Source: a virus (taxonomy: Duplodnaviria; Caudoviricetes). Taken from it: a stretch of DNA of 29,910 nucleotides. The notes under the pieces were generated by a model. It did not search any database and was not told the origin of the DNA. It worked only from the letters and a program-made list of their open reading frames with translations. Positions 1-8,190 of this stretch are shown piece after piece. The stretch's first letter is position 1; every line of letters starts with the position of its first letter. The DNA lies in the IMG/VR virus record IMGVR_UViG_3300038317_000212, positions 1 to 29,910 of that record; one strand, 5' to 3'. The position numbers and the translations under genes were made by a program.

Positions 1-2
1 GC

Positions 3-140
3 TGCAGGGTCGGAGAGTTTGATGAGGATTTAATCAGACGCTTGATACTTAGAATCAAGGTAATAAATGAATCCAAAATTGAAATCCACTTTAAATATGG
101 CATCATTATGGAACAAGAGATTGAGTTTTATGAAGATTAA
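3..140 (+). CDS. C-terminal fragment of a large serine recombinase (5'-truncated by window edge)
   Basis: Hand translation from base 3: CRVGEFDEDLIRRLILRIKVINESKIEIHFKYGIIMEQEIEFYED*. This matches the EFDE.L.RRLI..I.V...I.I.FK.G tail typical of Firmicute large serine recombinases. Confidence 0.7.
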   Translation, partial: CRVGEFDEDLIRRLILRIKVINESKIEIHFKYGIIMEQEIEFYED

Positions 141-185
141 TACAATCATGAAAACAACAATGAATGCTCCGGTGTGTAGAATTAG

Positions 186-268
186 GTAGGGGTGGGGTTC
201 CCGCTCCTACTGAAAACTACTAAGACCAAAATCCTCGGTCCGCTGTGGGTTTTATTTTTAGTAGTTTT
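186..268 (+). terminator. Double hairpin / probable terminator after the recombinase
   Basis: GTAGGGGTGGG/CCCGCTCCTAC stem (186-210), then AAAACTACTAA/TTAGTAGTTTT outer stem enclosing AAAATCCTCGG-TCCG-CTGTGGGTTTT, followed by a T-tract. Confidence 0.6.
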
Positions 269-315
269 TCTTTACAAATAATACATCGAAATATGGTAAT
301 TATTGTGTTATGATT
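213..315 (+). repeat. Copy 1 of a diverged ~100-bp hairpin+promoter direct repeat
   Basis: Aligns by eye with 2227-2332: AAAACT..TAAGAC.AAA..C.TC.GT.CGCTG.GGGTTTTATT ... TCGAAA-N17-TATRAT. Confidence 0.75.
286..314 (+). promoter_or_regulatory. Putative sigma-A promoter with extended -10
   Basis: TCGAAA (286-291), 17-bp spacer, TGnTATGAT (-10 at 309-314), upstream of the 491 gene. Confidence 0.5.
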
Positions 316-490
316 AATATGGCAATAGTGTAAAAAGATTTATCCGTTAAAGATTTCAATAAAGCAATTGCGGACATTATCTTTAGAATATTGATTTAAT
401 TTTAGTCAAATAAGTAGAATTATGTGAAGCAAAAGATTATTTATATTTGATGTGAAAAAGATAAAGTAAGCTTTGGAGGAGGATATGGCT

Positions 491-1042
491 ATGAAAAAGA
501 AAACAAAATTTATATGGATTTTAATTGTTTCGTTGCTTTTAATAGTAGTGGGGTATATGCGTTATTACCCTATAAAGCATGATACAATTGAATTGCGACA
601 TATCATTGAAGATAAGTTTGGTGTAAATACAGAAAAATTCACAAGCATTGGATTAAACAACAAAGATTTCTATTATTTTGTAGTGGCAGGAGATAATATT
701 GCTATCGTAAGAATGAAAATGGGTGTGTTTAATCGATTTCGATATCAGGGTATGTCTTATACTGGCGCAAATTTTGTAAACGGAGTTGTAGAGAGCAAGG
801 GAAATAAGTATCTTCTGGTAGGTGGTAAAAATCCAAATCACGAAATTGAAAAAATATCTTTTACCCTCGATAATATTCCATACGAAATAGACATTGTAAA
901 TCCTGGTGATACATTTTTTGAGTATATTCAAATTGATAATAAAACTTTTGATGACCATATCTTTTTAGACAACACAATCTTATATAACGGTAACGGAGAA
1001 GATATTACTACTACCATTGACACAAGTAGTGGTGGAGTATAA
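491..1042 (+). CDS. Hypothetical membrane-anchored/secreted protein
   Basis: GGAGGAGG RBS 8 nt before ATG 491; basic N-terminus plus hydrophobic helix (KKKTKFIWILIVSLLLIVVG); no recognisable family. Confidence 0.75.
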   Translation: MKKKTKFIWILIVSLLLIVVGYMRYYPIKHDTIELRHIIEDKFGVNTEKFTSIGLNNKDFYYFVVAGDNIAIVRMKMGVFNRFRYQGMSYTGANFVNGVVESKGNKYLLVGGKNPNHEIEKISFTLDNIPYEIDIVNPGDTFFEYIQIDNKTFDDHIFLDNTILYNGNGEDITTTIDTSSGGV

Positions 1043-1196
1043 GCAACAATAAATTTAGGATTGACAGTGAGATTATGTGCATAATCTGTATTTCAAGTTA
1101 AGATGCATTGTTTATATTATAAGTCACAATTATATGAAAATATGGCCTGCAAATTATTAAAAAGAACTGATAGAGAGGAATTTGGGGGTAGGAAAA

Positions 1197-2096
1197 ATGA
1201 ACTTTAAATCAAGCCGGTTACCGTCTTCATCGAAAGATGTTGAATGGTATTGGGATCGATGTGTGCGAAAAAATATAGAGTTCTCAAAAGTCACCATAAA
1301 GGAAAAACAAATTGATTTTACAAAGCCTGTTGATTATTTTGATCTTACAGATGGCGGTGCTGACGAGATTTCCTTTATTGGGAGACAGTTTGATTTTTTT
1401 TCACAGCAAGTTGCAATGATGGAATTTGAATTGAATATATTTAATAATTTGAACGCAGATACACAAATTGGTGCGCTGTTAAGCAGCGTTGAACATCTGA
1501 GCGTTGAATCGTCAGTATATGGTATGTATGCCACTTTCAAATATATTGATAAAGCTGTTTATTGTGCCTTCACAATTTGTTTTGTGGATAAAGATACTGG
1601 CATGGAAATGGAAACTGCCGTTATTGAAATCAGTCAGGACGAAAAACCGTATATTCAGCCTGTTTTCATTAGTGAAGAAGCTTTAGATTATTTGAACTAT
1701 GATGACATAGCAAAGATATCGTACTGGTTGGGAAATTTTTGGGTCGGAATTCAATATGAAATGAATAATCAGCCAGAAGAGATTAGAGTAATAGAACAGC
1801 GAGGATCAATATCAGGTAATAGTGGAGAGCTTAAAGAAGATGACAATATTGTTTTAGTCAGAAGGATAGTCCCTGTTGATGAAGATGGAAATATAATTAA
1901 GTATGGTGCTACTGGCTCTGGTCGCCAGTATAGTATTCCTTCATGGGGAGTCCGTGGGCACGATAGAACTCTACCAGATGGTAGGGTGATACACGTTCTT
2001 CCTTACCGCAAAGGAAAAGAGCGAAAAAACCCGGATGCTTTTGTTAAAAAAGGATATCAGTTTGTTGACGAAAAGATAGACTCAGATATCGATTAA
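1197..2096 (+). CDS. Hypothetical acidic protein with C-terminal W.VRGH.R..G..I...PY.KG motif
   Basis: 299-aa ORF. The C-terminal SWGVRGHDRTLPDGRVIHVLPYRKGK resembles a motif seen in uncharacterised phage/MGE proteins. Start could instead be TTG 1182. Confidence 0.75.
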   Translation: MNFKSSRLPSSSKDVEWYWDRCVRKNIEFSKVTIKEKQIDFTKPVDYFDLTDGGADEISFIGRQFDFFSQQVAMMEFELNIFNNLNADTQIGALLSSVEHLSVESSVYGMYATFKYIDKAVYCAFTICFVDKDTGMEMETAVIEISQDEKPYIQPVFISEEALDYLNYDDIAKISYWLGNFWVGIQYEMNNQPEEIRVIEQRGSISGNSGELKEDDNIVLVRRIVPVDEDGNIIKYGATGSGRQYSIPSWGVRGHDRTLPDGRVIHVLPYRKGKERKNPDAFVKKGYQFVDEKIDSDID

Positions 2097-2226
2097 TGTA
2101 ATGTTTGATGAATGATTTGTCTGAGTAGATAAATTTCAATTTAGCAAGGAGCTATAAAATGTGAAGCTAAGTAAAGACAGTGAAATAACACTACGGTTGA
2201 TGAAGCGTAGATCTTGTTCCCGCCAA

Positions 2227-2332
2227 AAAACTGTTAAGACTAAAACCTTCAGTACGCTGAGGGTTTTATTGTTGGCAGCTTTTATCTTTGCTAAATTCAA
2301 CTTCGAAAAATGAGAGTTGCCATGCTATAATT
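2227..2332 (+). repeat. Copy 2 of the hairpin+promoter direct repeat
   Basis: TAAAACCTTCAG-TACG-CTGAGGGTTTTA hairpin; TCGAAA (2303-2308)-N17-TATAAT (2326-2331) with TG extension. Confidence 0.75.
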
Positions 2333-2442
2333 AGCACAACCATTTTGTAAAAAACAAGTGTTGAGCGTTGGAATTATTGAAAATATACCTTGACGCCAAG
2401 GGGGTACCAGGCTCAATGGTCATCAGAATTGCAGCAACAAGG

Positions 2443-2484
2443 CATGTTGAGTGCGTAGTATTGATGTCAAGGGTGGAAAAATAG
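2443..2484 (+). other. rlmD: Orphan 3' end of rlmD/rumA (23S rRNA m5U methyltransferase); att-site remnant
   Basis: Translates HVECVVLMSRVEK*, preceded by T-R, matching the T.HVE.V.L.SR C-terminal motif of RlmD. There is no upstream rlmD body. rlmD/rumA 3' ends are known targets of serine-integrase ICEs and phi-m46.1-like phages. Confidence 0.8.
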
Positions 2485-2508
2485 GAGTGTTCAAAATACT
2501 GATAAATA

Positions 2509-2580
2509 AAGGGTTTCCAAGGTTGAAAGATTTTCTGTCAAATGTCTGGCAGTGCCTTTTAACCTTGGAAATCCTTGTTT
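2509..2580 (+). terminator. Long hairpin after the rlmD stop (terminator-like)
   Basis: 21-bp stem AAGGGTTTCCAAGGTTGAAAG (2509-2529)/CTTTTAACCTTGGAAATCCTT (2556-2576). Its only two non-WC pairs are G-U. Inner CTGTCA/TGGCAG stem, then GTTTTT. Confidence 0.7.
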
Positions 2581-2752
2581 TTGTTTATGAGGAAATAGGT
2601 CAACTGTAAAAAAATGTGTGTAGGGTTGAGTTGACAGGTTAGATTTTTTATTGGGGTTGAGGAGATAGGATAGATGTATAAAAAACAGGCTTAGAGGGTA
2701 AAGTCTGTATTTTGACTTTTACATATAAATATTCGAGAAATCAAAATAACTA

Positions 2753-2781
2753 TTGAAAAGTCGAAAGTAGTGTGATATAAT
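2753..2781 (+). promoter_or_regulatory. Sigma-A promoter of the RM operon
   Basis: TTGAAA (2753-2758)-N17-TATAAT (2776-2781) with TG extension. Confidence 0.75.
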
Positions 2782-2822
2782 TAATAATCGTATGACTTTA
2801 CCATGTAAACGAGGGGTGCAAA

Positions 2823-3035
2823 ATGGGAGTTAACTATAAAAAACTCTGGAAGAGACTGATAGATGAAGAGTTATGTGTATCGGATTTGCATCTTGCCACT
2901 GGCATTGCCCCTAGTACATTTTCCAAGATGCGTAAAAATGAATACGTCTCTCTTGATGTACTGGTGCGTATTTGTAATGAGTTAAATTGCCAGTTGAGTG
3001 AGATTGTTGAGGTTGAGCTCGACAATCGGTCATAA
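2823..3035 (+). CDS. Cro/C1-type HTH regulator (HTH_26-like), probable RM controller
   Basis: YKKLWK.LID...L....GI...T.SKM.KNE.VSLDVL.RIC..LNC...EIVE pattern; GAGGGG RBS; first gene of the RM operon. Confidence 0.85.
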   Translation: MGVNYKKLWKRLIDEELCVSDLHLATGIAPSTFSKMRKNEYVSLDVLVRICNELNCQLSEIVEVELDNRS

Positions 3036-3071
3036 GTACAACAACAAAATTTAAAGCAGAGGAAATGAGTT

Positions 3072-3797
3072 ATGGCTGATTCTATATTATATAATGAAGA
3101 CTGTATACGTTCTATGAAGCGTCTCGCTAATGGTTCTATAGACCTTATATTAACTGATCCACCATATAACTTAGGTAATTTTATGAAAGGTAGAGATACA
3201 AACCTAAAAAAGATGCGTGATAACTTTTTTGGTGATGCTGGTTGGGACGATTTAAGTTTTGAGGATTGGGAAAAATCAATGGATAACTTTTTCGAAGAAT
3301 CCGTTCGAGTGCTTAAAAAGGGTGGAGCTATGATTGTATTCATGGCTATTATTAAGGTAGAGAGTATTATTAAAATAGCAGAACGACATGGACTATATTA
3401 TAAGACTACTGGTATTTGGCATAAATTAAATCCTATGCCACGTAACATGAATCTACATTTTGTTAATTCGACGGAAGCGTGGGTTTATTTTACTTACAAG
3501 AAGAAAACAGGCACATTTAATAATGATGGAAAGGTGCTACATGACTTTATTGAAACAGGCGTTGCAGCAAACGGTGAGCGCAAGTTTGGTAAACATCCAA
3601 CACAAAAACCTGTACAATTGATGGAGTTCTTTGTTAAAGTGCTGACCAATGAAGGAGAGACGGTTCTTGATCCCTTTATGGGTAGCGGTAGTGCCGGTGT
3701 GGCTGCAAAATTAAATAATAGGAATTTCATAGGTGTAGAAATAAGTGAGGATTATTTTCAAATCGCTACACGCCGTATTCAAGAGGTGAAAGAATGA
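3072..3797 (+). CDS. Beta-class amino (m6A/m4C) DNA methyltransferase
   Basis: Motif IV DPPY near the N-terminus; HPTQKP and motif I DPFMGSGS near the C-terminus. Confidence 0.92.
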   Translation: MADSILYNEDCIRSMKRLANGSIDLILTDPPYNLGNFMKGRDTNLKKMRDNFFGDAGWDDLSFEDWEKSMDNFFEESVRVLKKGGAMIVFMAIIKVESIIKIAERHGLYYKTTGIWHKLNPMPRNMNLHFVNSTEAWVYFTYKKKTGTFNNDGKVLHDFIETGVAANGERKFGKHPTQKPVQLMEFFVKVLTNEGETVLDPFMGSGSAGVAAKLNNRNFIGVEISEDYFQIATRRIQEVKE

Positions 3798-4855
3798 AGC
3801 CAACAGTGATTGATTTGTTTGCGGGCGTTGGTGGTCTTTCGCTTGGGTTTGAAATGGCCGGTTTTAATATTGTGCTCGCAAATGAATATGACGAATCTAT
3901 AGCTAAAGCATATAAATTAAATCATCCAAATACAAAAATGATTGTTGAGGATATTAGAAATTTACCCATTGAAAAAATATTTCATGAGTATCGTAGAAAG
4001 GTAGATGTTATTATTGGAGGCCCTCCCTGTCAGGGGTTTTCCCAGAAAGGACAAAGAAAAACCATCAACGATGAACGGAACTTTTTATTTAAGTACTTTG
4101 TAGCTGTTGTTGATTTTGTACGTCCACGATATTTTGTAATGGAAAATGTACCGAATCTTTTAACTGCGGAGAATGGTTACTTTAAGGAAGAAATTATAGA
4201 TTTATTTGAGGGTTTAGGATATACATTGTCAACAGACACACTCAATGCCGCCGACTATGGTGTTCCTCAAAATAGAAGAAGAGCTGTGATTATTGGTAAA
4301 CAAGGAGAATCTGCAATTGCAATGCCAAGACCACTTGATTATAAGGTTACAATATGGGATGCAATTAGTGATCTAGCATATTTAAGTTCAGGTGAAGGTG
4401 TAGAATGTGATTCATATAGGTACCCTCCTCAAAGTGAATATCAACGTATGATGCGCGAAGGTAGCGATAATCTATATAATCATAAAGCGACAAAACATTC
4501 AGAGCTGGCAATTGAGAGATTAAAGATGATACCTCCAAATAGAGGGAAAGAGGTATTACCTAAAGAACATTTAACTAAATCAATCTATAGTGGAACCTGG
4601 ACTAGGATGGTCAAAGATGAGATATCTGTAACTATTACAACTAGATTTGATACTCCTTCTTCTGGTAAGTTCACTCATCCATTTTTACATCGAGCAATAA
4701 CCGTGCGAGAGGCTGCAAGGATTCAGTCGTTTCCTGATACGTTTCATTTTATAGGTACAAAAGGTTCACAGATGAAGCAAGTTGGAAATGCTGTTCCGCC
4801 ATTGCTTGCTAAAGCTATTGCAACGGTTGTTATGAATGATATAACAGGAGGATAA
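3794..4855 (+). CDS. DNA (cytosine-5) methyltransferase
   Basis: DLFAGVGG (I), GGPPCQGFS (IV), ENV (VI), QNRRR (VIII), REAARIQSFPD (IX), QVGNAVPP (X); ATGA overlap with the previous gene. Confidence 0.95.
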   Translation: MKPTVIDLFAGVGGLSLGFEMAGFNIVLANEYDESIAKAYKLNHPNTKMIVEDIRNLPIEKIFHEYRRKVDVIIGGPPCQGFSQKGQRKTINDERNFLFKYFVAVVDFVRPRYFVMENVPNLLTAENGYFKEEIIDLFEGLGYTLSTDTLNAADYGVPQNRRRAVIIGKQGESAIAMPRPLDYKVTIWDAISDLAYLSSGEGVECDSYRYPPQSEYQRMMREGSDNLYNHKATKHSELAIERLKMIPPNRGKEVLPKEHLTKSIYSGTWTRMVKDEISVTITTRFDTPSSGKFTHPFLHRAITVREAARIQSFPDTFHFIGTKGSQMKQVGNAVPPLLAKAIATVVMNDITGG

Positions 4856-4858
4856 AAA

Positions 4859-6844
4859 ATGTTAAGACCAGACAATATGGTTAAATATCCAGAAGTGGAT
4901 TTAAAACTAGGAATTAAATCTTCTTTACCAAGTGTAAAGGCAACCTTGGGATTATTAATGATGTTTTGGAGAGCATCAAACAATCCAGATGAACTTGCAT
5001 ACTCGAAAGAAGCAGGTAATTCAATAGAAGTTTCAGATGAGTTAAAAACTAGATTGATTGAAAAGTATCACCCTATTTATTCGTCTATTGGAATTTCCGA
5101 TGAACAGTTTCTTGAACGTGTGAATAATAACCAGTTGTTCAAATCACAGCTAGAATCATTGATTGTAGCATTTGAATTAATTTGGCGTGTTGCAAAAATT
5201 AAGTTTGACAACAATATGCCAGCATCATCTGAGAGAACTGGCGGTAAAAGATATCCTAAAACGCTCCTGTTCACAAAAAATATGGATATTCTTGATACAG
5301 TGCTATCCTCAGACGATGAACAGTATTCAAAAGTTCTCTTATCATGGATAGGGTTAAATATCCCTATTGAATCTACATTTGAAGAAGCTTTGTTGCATTT
5401 GCTTGTTTATATATCTGAGGAAGCGGTGTACAAACTAACTGATGGGGATCAAGATATCATCTTTAATATGAACAGTGTATATATGAAATTGCTGGAGGAA
5501 GAAGAATCTGCAGTTGATATTAACGATAGAAAAGAAGCAAAGGGTTCACTCCGTATATTAAAATCTGCACTATCGGATAAATTAAATCCATTTTTAACAT
5601 ATGGCAATGCAAATGGAGTTGCTATTAAAGATGGGTTAGGAGATAAGTTGAGGGCATATCAAAAGCGTGTCGATGCGTCTTTAAGCTTATCAAATACTAG
5701 ATATATTTTAACGCCTGAAGTTAGTGAAACAGAGAATATGTATCTTCGGGAAGGCTCAAGTGAATATACATACGAAACATCTAGGGTTGCTGGGGGGAGA
5801 AATATACTGCTTTATGGCGTTCCAGGTTCTGGTAAGAGTTGGACTATCGAACATGAGTATTGCAAGAAGGACAGTAATGTGGAACGATTGGTATTCCACC
5901 CTGATTACACCTACTCTGATTTTATTGGTCAGATTTTACCGGATGTATCGGAAGATGGACAAGTTAGCTACAAGTTTACCCCAGGTCCCTTCACTACTAT
6001 TTTGCATGATGCATATGTTAATCCTCAGAAAGAATACATTCTTATAATTGAAGAAATTAACCGTGGAAATGCACCAGCAATTTTTGGAGAAGTGTTCCAA
6101 CTACTCGATAGAAAAGTAGAAATTAAAGATGATGATGACGAGTTTCCTATTGGTACAAGCGAATATGGAATTACTAATAAAAATATAGCGCTTGAGGTTT
6201 ATGGGGATGCCAGACGCAAGGTTCGTATTCCATCAAACCTCTCTATTATAGGAACAATGAATACATCTGATCAAAATGTATTTACTTTGGATACTGCTTT
6301 TCAACGTAGATGGGAAATGCGTATGATCGAAAACAGTTTTGAGAGAGTGGATTCGAACTTTGCAAATGCAGAAATTCTAGATACAACGGTTACATGGAAA
6401 AATTTCTGTGTTTCTATCAATGATATTATTGTTGGAAACAACGCAAGGATGACTTCTGCAGAAGACAAAAGATTGGGTGCGTATTTTGTGCATTTGAGAG
6501 ATTTAAAGTATAATGCCGCATCTGAAGATAGGACAGAGGGTGAATATGAAAGCCTTTGTGAAAAAGAAAAGGAAGGAATTCTTACTTCTGAAGAAGAAAT
6601 GCGTCTTGTTGAAATCAGAGATGCAATGCAACAAAATCGTAGATTCCCAGAAAAGGTTATCAAGTACTTGTGGGATGATGCATTCAAATTCTCACGTGAG
6701 GTAATCTTTGAGACAAACGAATATCAAAGTTTAGAAGCAGTTATCCGTAAATTTATGCAATCTAAGAAATTTGAACGTTTTGAAATATTTAAACAAAATG
6801 TACGTGATGCATTTACAAATCAGAATAACACTAGGCAAAACTAG
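4859..6844 (+). CDS. McrB-like AAA+ GTPase restriction subunit (LlaJI R1-like)
   Basis: Walker A GVPGSGKS, FHPDYTYSDF, Walker B IEEINRGN, McrB signature MNTSDQN, AFQRRW. Confidence 0.9.
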   Translation: MLRPDNMVKYPEVDLKLGIKSSLPSVKATLGLLMMFWRASNNPDELAYSKEAGNSIEVSDELKTRLIEKYHPIYSSIGISDEQFLERVNNNQLFKSQLESLIVAFELIWRVAKIKFDNNMPASSERTGGKRYPKTLLFTKNMDILDTVLSSDDEQYSKVLLSWIGLNIPIESTFEEALLHLLVYISEEAVYKLTDGDQDIIFNMNSVYMKLLEEEESAVDINDRKEAKGSLRILKSALSDKLNPFLTYGNANGVAIKDGLGDKLRAYQKRVDASLSLSNTRYILTPEVSETENMYLREGSSEYTYETSRVAGGRNILLYGVPGSGKSWTIEHEYCKKDSNVERLVFHPDYTYSDFIGQILPDVSEDGQVSYKFTPGPFTTILHDAYVNPQKEYILIIEEINRGNAPAIFGEVFQLLDRKVEIKDDDDEFPIGTSEYGITNKNIALEVYGDARRKVRIPSNLSIIGTMNTSDQNVFTLDTAFQRRWEMRMIENSFERVDSNFANAEILDTTVTWKNFCVSINDIIVGNNARMTSAEDKRLGAYFVHLRDLKYNAASEDRTEGEYESLCEKEKEGILTSEEEMRLVEIRDAMQQNRRFPEKVIKYLWDDAFKFSREVIFETNEYQSLEAVIRKFMQSKKFERFEIFKQNVRDAFTNQNNTRQN

Positions 6845-6861
6845 TAGGGCGGTGATTCTAT

Positions 6862-8142
6862 ATGGAGAGAGATTTAGATATTAGAAGGCGCTGCCATGTA
6901 AATACGAATGAAGATGGAGATCGTTTTGTAGGAGTGAAGGCGGATTCCGATGATGCTATCGTCTATTTTCCATTAGGATATCAGTTGCCTGAAACAGATG
7001 CAGAAATTAGGACTGATATAAAGCATCTTTTTCAAGTGCTTTCGGAATTCACAGAAAAAAAAGACCGTGTGTTTGCAATGAATAAATTCGAGGCACCACA
7101 GACTGTGGACTTTCCCATCCATGCCTACTTAGAAGTAATCAATTATTACTTAGGAAAAGGCGGGCAGTATTACGTTGAAACAGATCCAACCTATGTAACA
7201 AGTGCAAGAGGTAGTGCTCATTGGCCCAAAACATTCCGGAATCAGACTCCGCTTGTACAACAAAAAGATGGTGTAAACTCGCTTATTTATACACAATTTA
7301 CAGTCCGTTCGGTTACACCTAATGAAACAAAACTTATAACCCAGATTAACAGGTATTGCGTTTATGAGAGCTTTGAAAAATTGGGTTGGTTATATGTTCC
7401 ATATATGCCGCCACCACCAGGTCCACATCCTGATATAAAAACATCAATTATCATAATCAATGATAAATTGATGCACACCTTCAATGATAAAGATAAGAGA
7501 TTATTTAAGGCTATGAAGGATATGCTAGAATATTTGGATGAAAAGACATCTGAAAAGCAATTTTACTTTGGTACAGATAACTTTGAAGGCGTTTGGGAGA
7601 GATTGATAGATAGAGTATTTGGAGAGAAGGATAAAGACAAATACTTTCCTCGAACTCGCTGGCTGCTTGACTATGGTAAATACAAAGAAAAGCGTCCGTT
7701 GCTTCCAGATAGTATTATGATATACAACGGTAAGTATTATGTATTAGATGCCAAGTACTATAAATATGGGCGAACTGGTAATCCAGACGACTTACCTAAT
7801 GCATCCTCGATAAATAAGCAGATTACGTATGGTGAGTATTTACATCAAACTCGAAAAATAGCTAATGATTCACTATTTAATGCTTTCATAATGCCATACA
7901 ATATGGCAGATAACTACTTTAACTTAGGGGAACCTATTGGAACAATAGGAGAGGCAGTTGGAGATTGGAAATCTAATAAATTAAACTATGAAAGAATTCA
8001 AGGAATTGTGGTAGATACTAGATACTTAATGTACGTGTATACTGGAAATCCTATAAAATTCAAAGTGCAATTAGCAGATTGCATAGAGGCGGTTCTTTCT
8101 AAAGGTGAAGTGCCGCCACCTAAATTACAAGAGAATAACTGA
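6862..8142 (+). CDS. LlaJI-family (McrC-like PD-(D/E)xK) restriction endonuclease subunit
   Basis: FVG...FPLGY N-terminus, FE.VWE.LID, PD-x-VLDAKYY catalytic motif, SSINKQITYGEY; directly follows the McrB-like gene. Confidence 0.85.
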   Translation: MERDLDIRRRCHVNTNEDGDRFVGVKADSDDAIVYFPLGYQLPETDAEIRTDIKHLFQVLSEFTEKKDRVFAMNKFEAPQTVDFPIHAYLEVINYYLGKGGQYYVETDPTYVTSARGSAHWPKTFRNQTPLVQQKDGVNSLIYTQFTVRSVTPNETKLITQINRYCVYESFEKLGWLYVPYMPPPPGPHPDIKTSIIIINDKLMHTFNDKDKRLFKAMKDMLEYLDEKTSEKQFYFGTDNFEGVWERLIDRVFGEKDKDKYFPRTRWLLDYGKYKEKRPLLPDSIMIYNGKYYVLDAKYYKYGRTGNPDDLPNASSINKQITYGEYLHQTRKIANDSLFNAFIMPYNMADNYFNLGEPIGTIGEAVGDWKSNKLNYERIQGIVVDTRYLMYVYTGNPIKFKVQLADCIEAVLSKGEVPPPKLQENN

Positions 8143-8144
8143 AG

Positions 8145-8190
8145 AAAGGCCTCTGTTATGCAGTTTAACTGTATAGCAGAGGCCTTTTTT
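8145..8190. terminator. Bidirectional intrinsic terminator between convergent genes
   Basis: AAAGGCCTCTGTTATGCAGTT/AACTGTATAGCAGAGGCCTTT stem followed by a T-run. Confidence 0.85.

Larger units (their letters stand above)
1..2442. mobile_element. Right end of an upstream integrative element (serine recombinase tail plus cargo), ending at the rlmD-derived att site
   Basis: Recombinase-like C-terminus at 3-140, AT-rich orphan cargo genes, then an rlmD 3' remnant at 2443. Left extent is outside the window. Confidence 0.6.

Noticed and set aside
2129-2164. AAGGAG RBS followed by ATG-TGA, and ATAAATTT motifs after both cargo genes (~1049, ~2129)
   Set aside because: Possibly a decayed gene start or cassette boundary, but too short and AT-rich to support.
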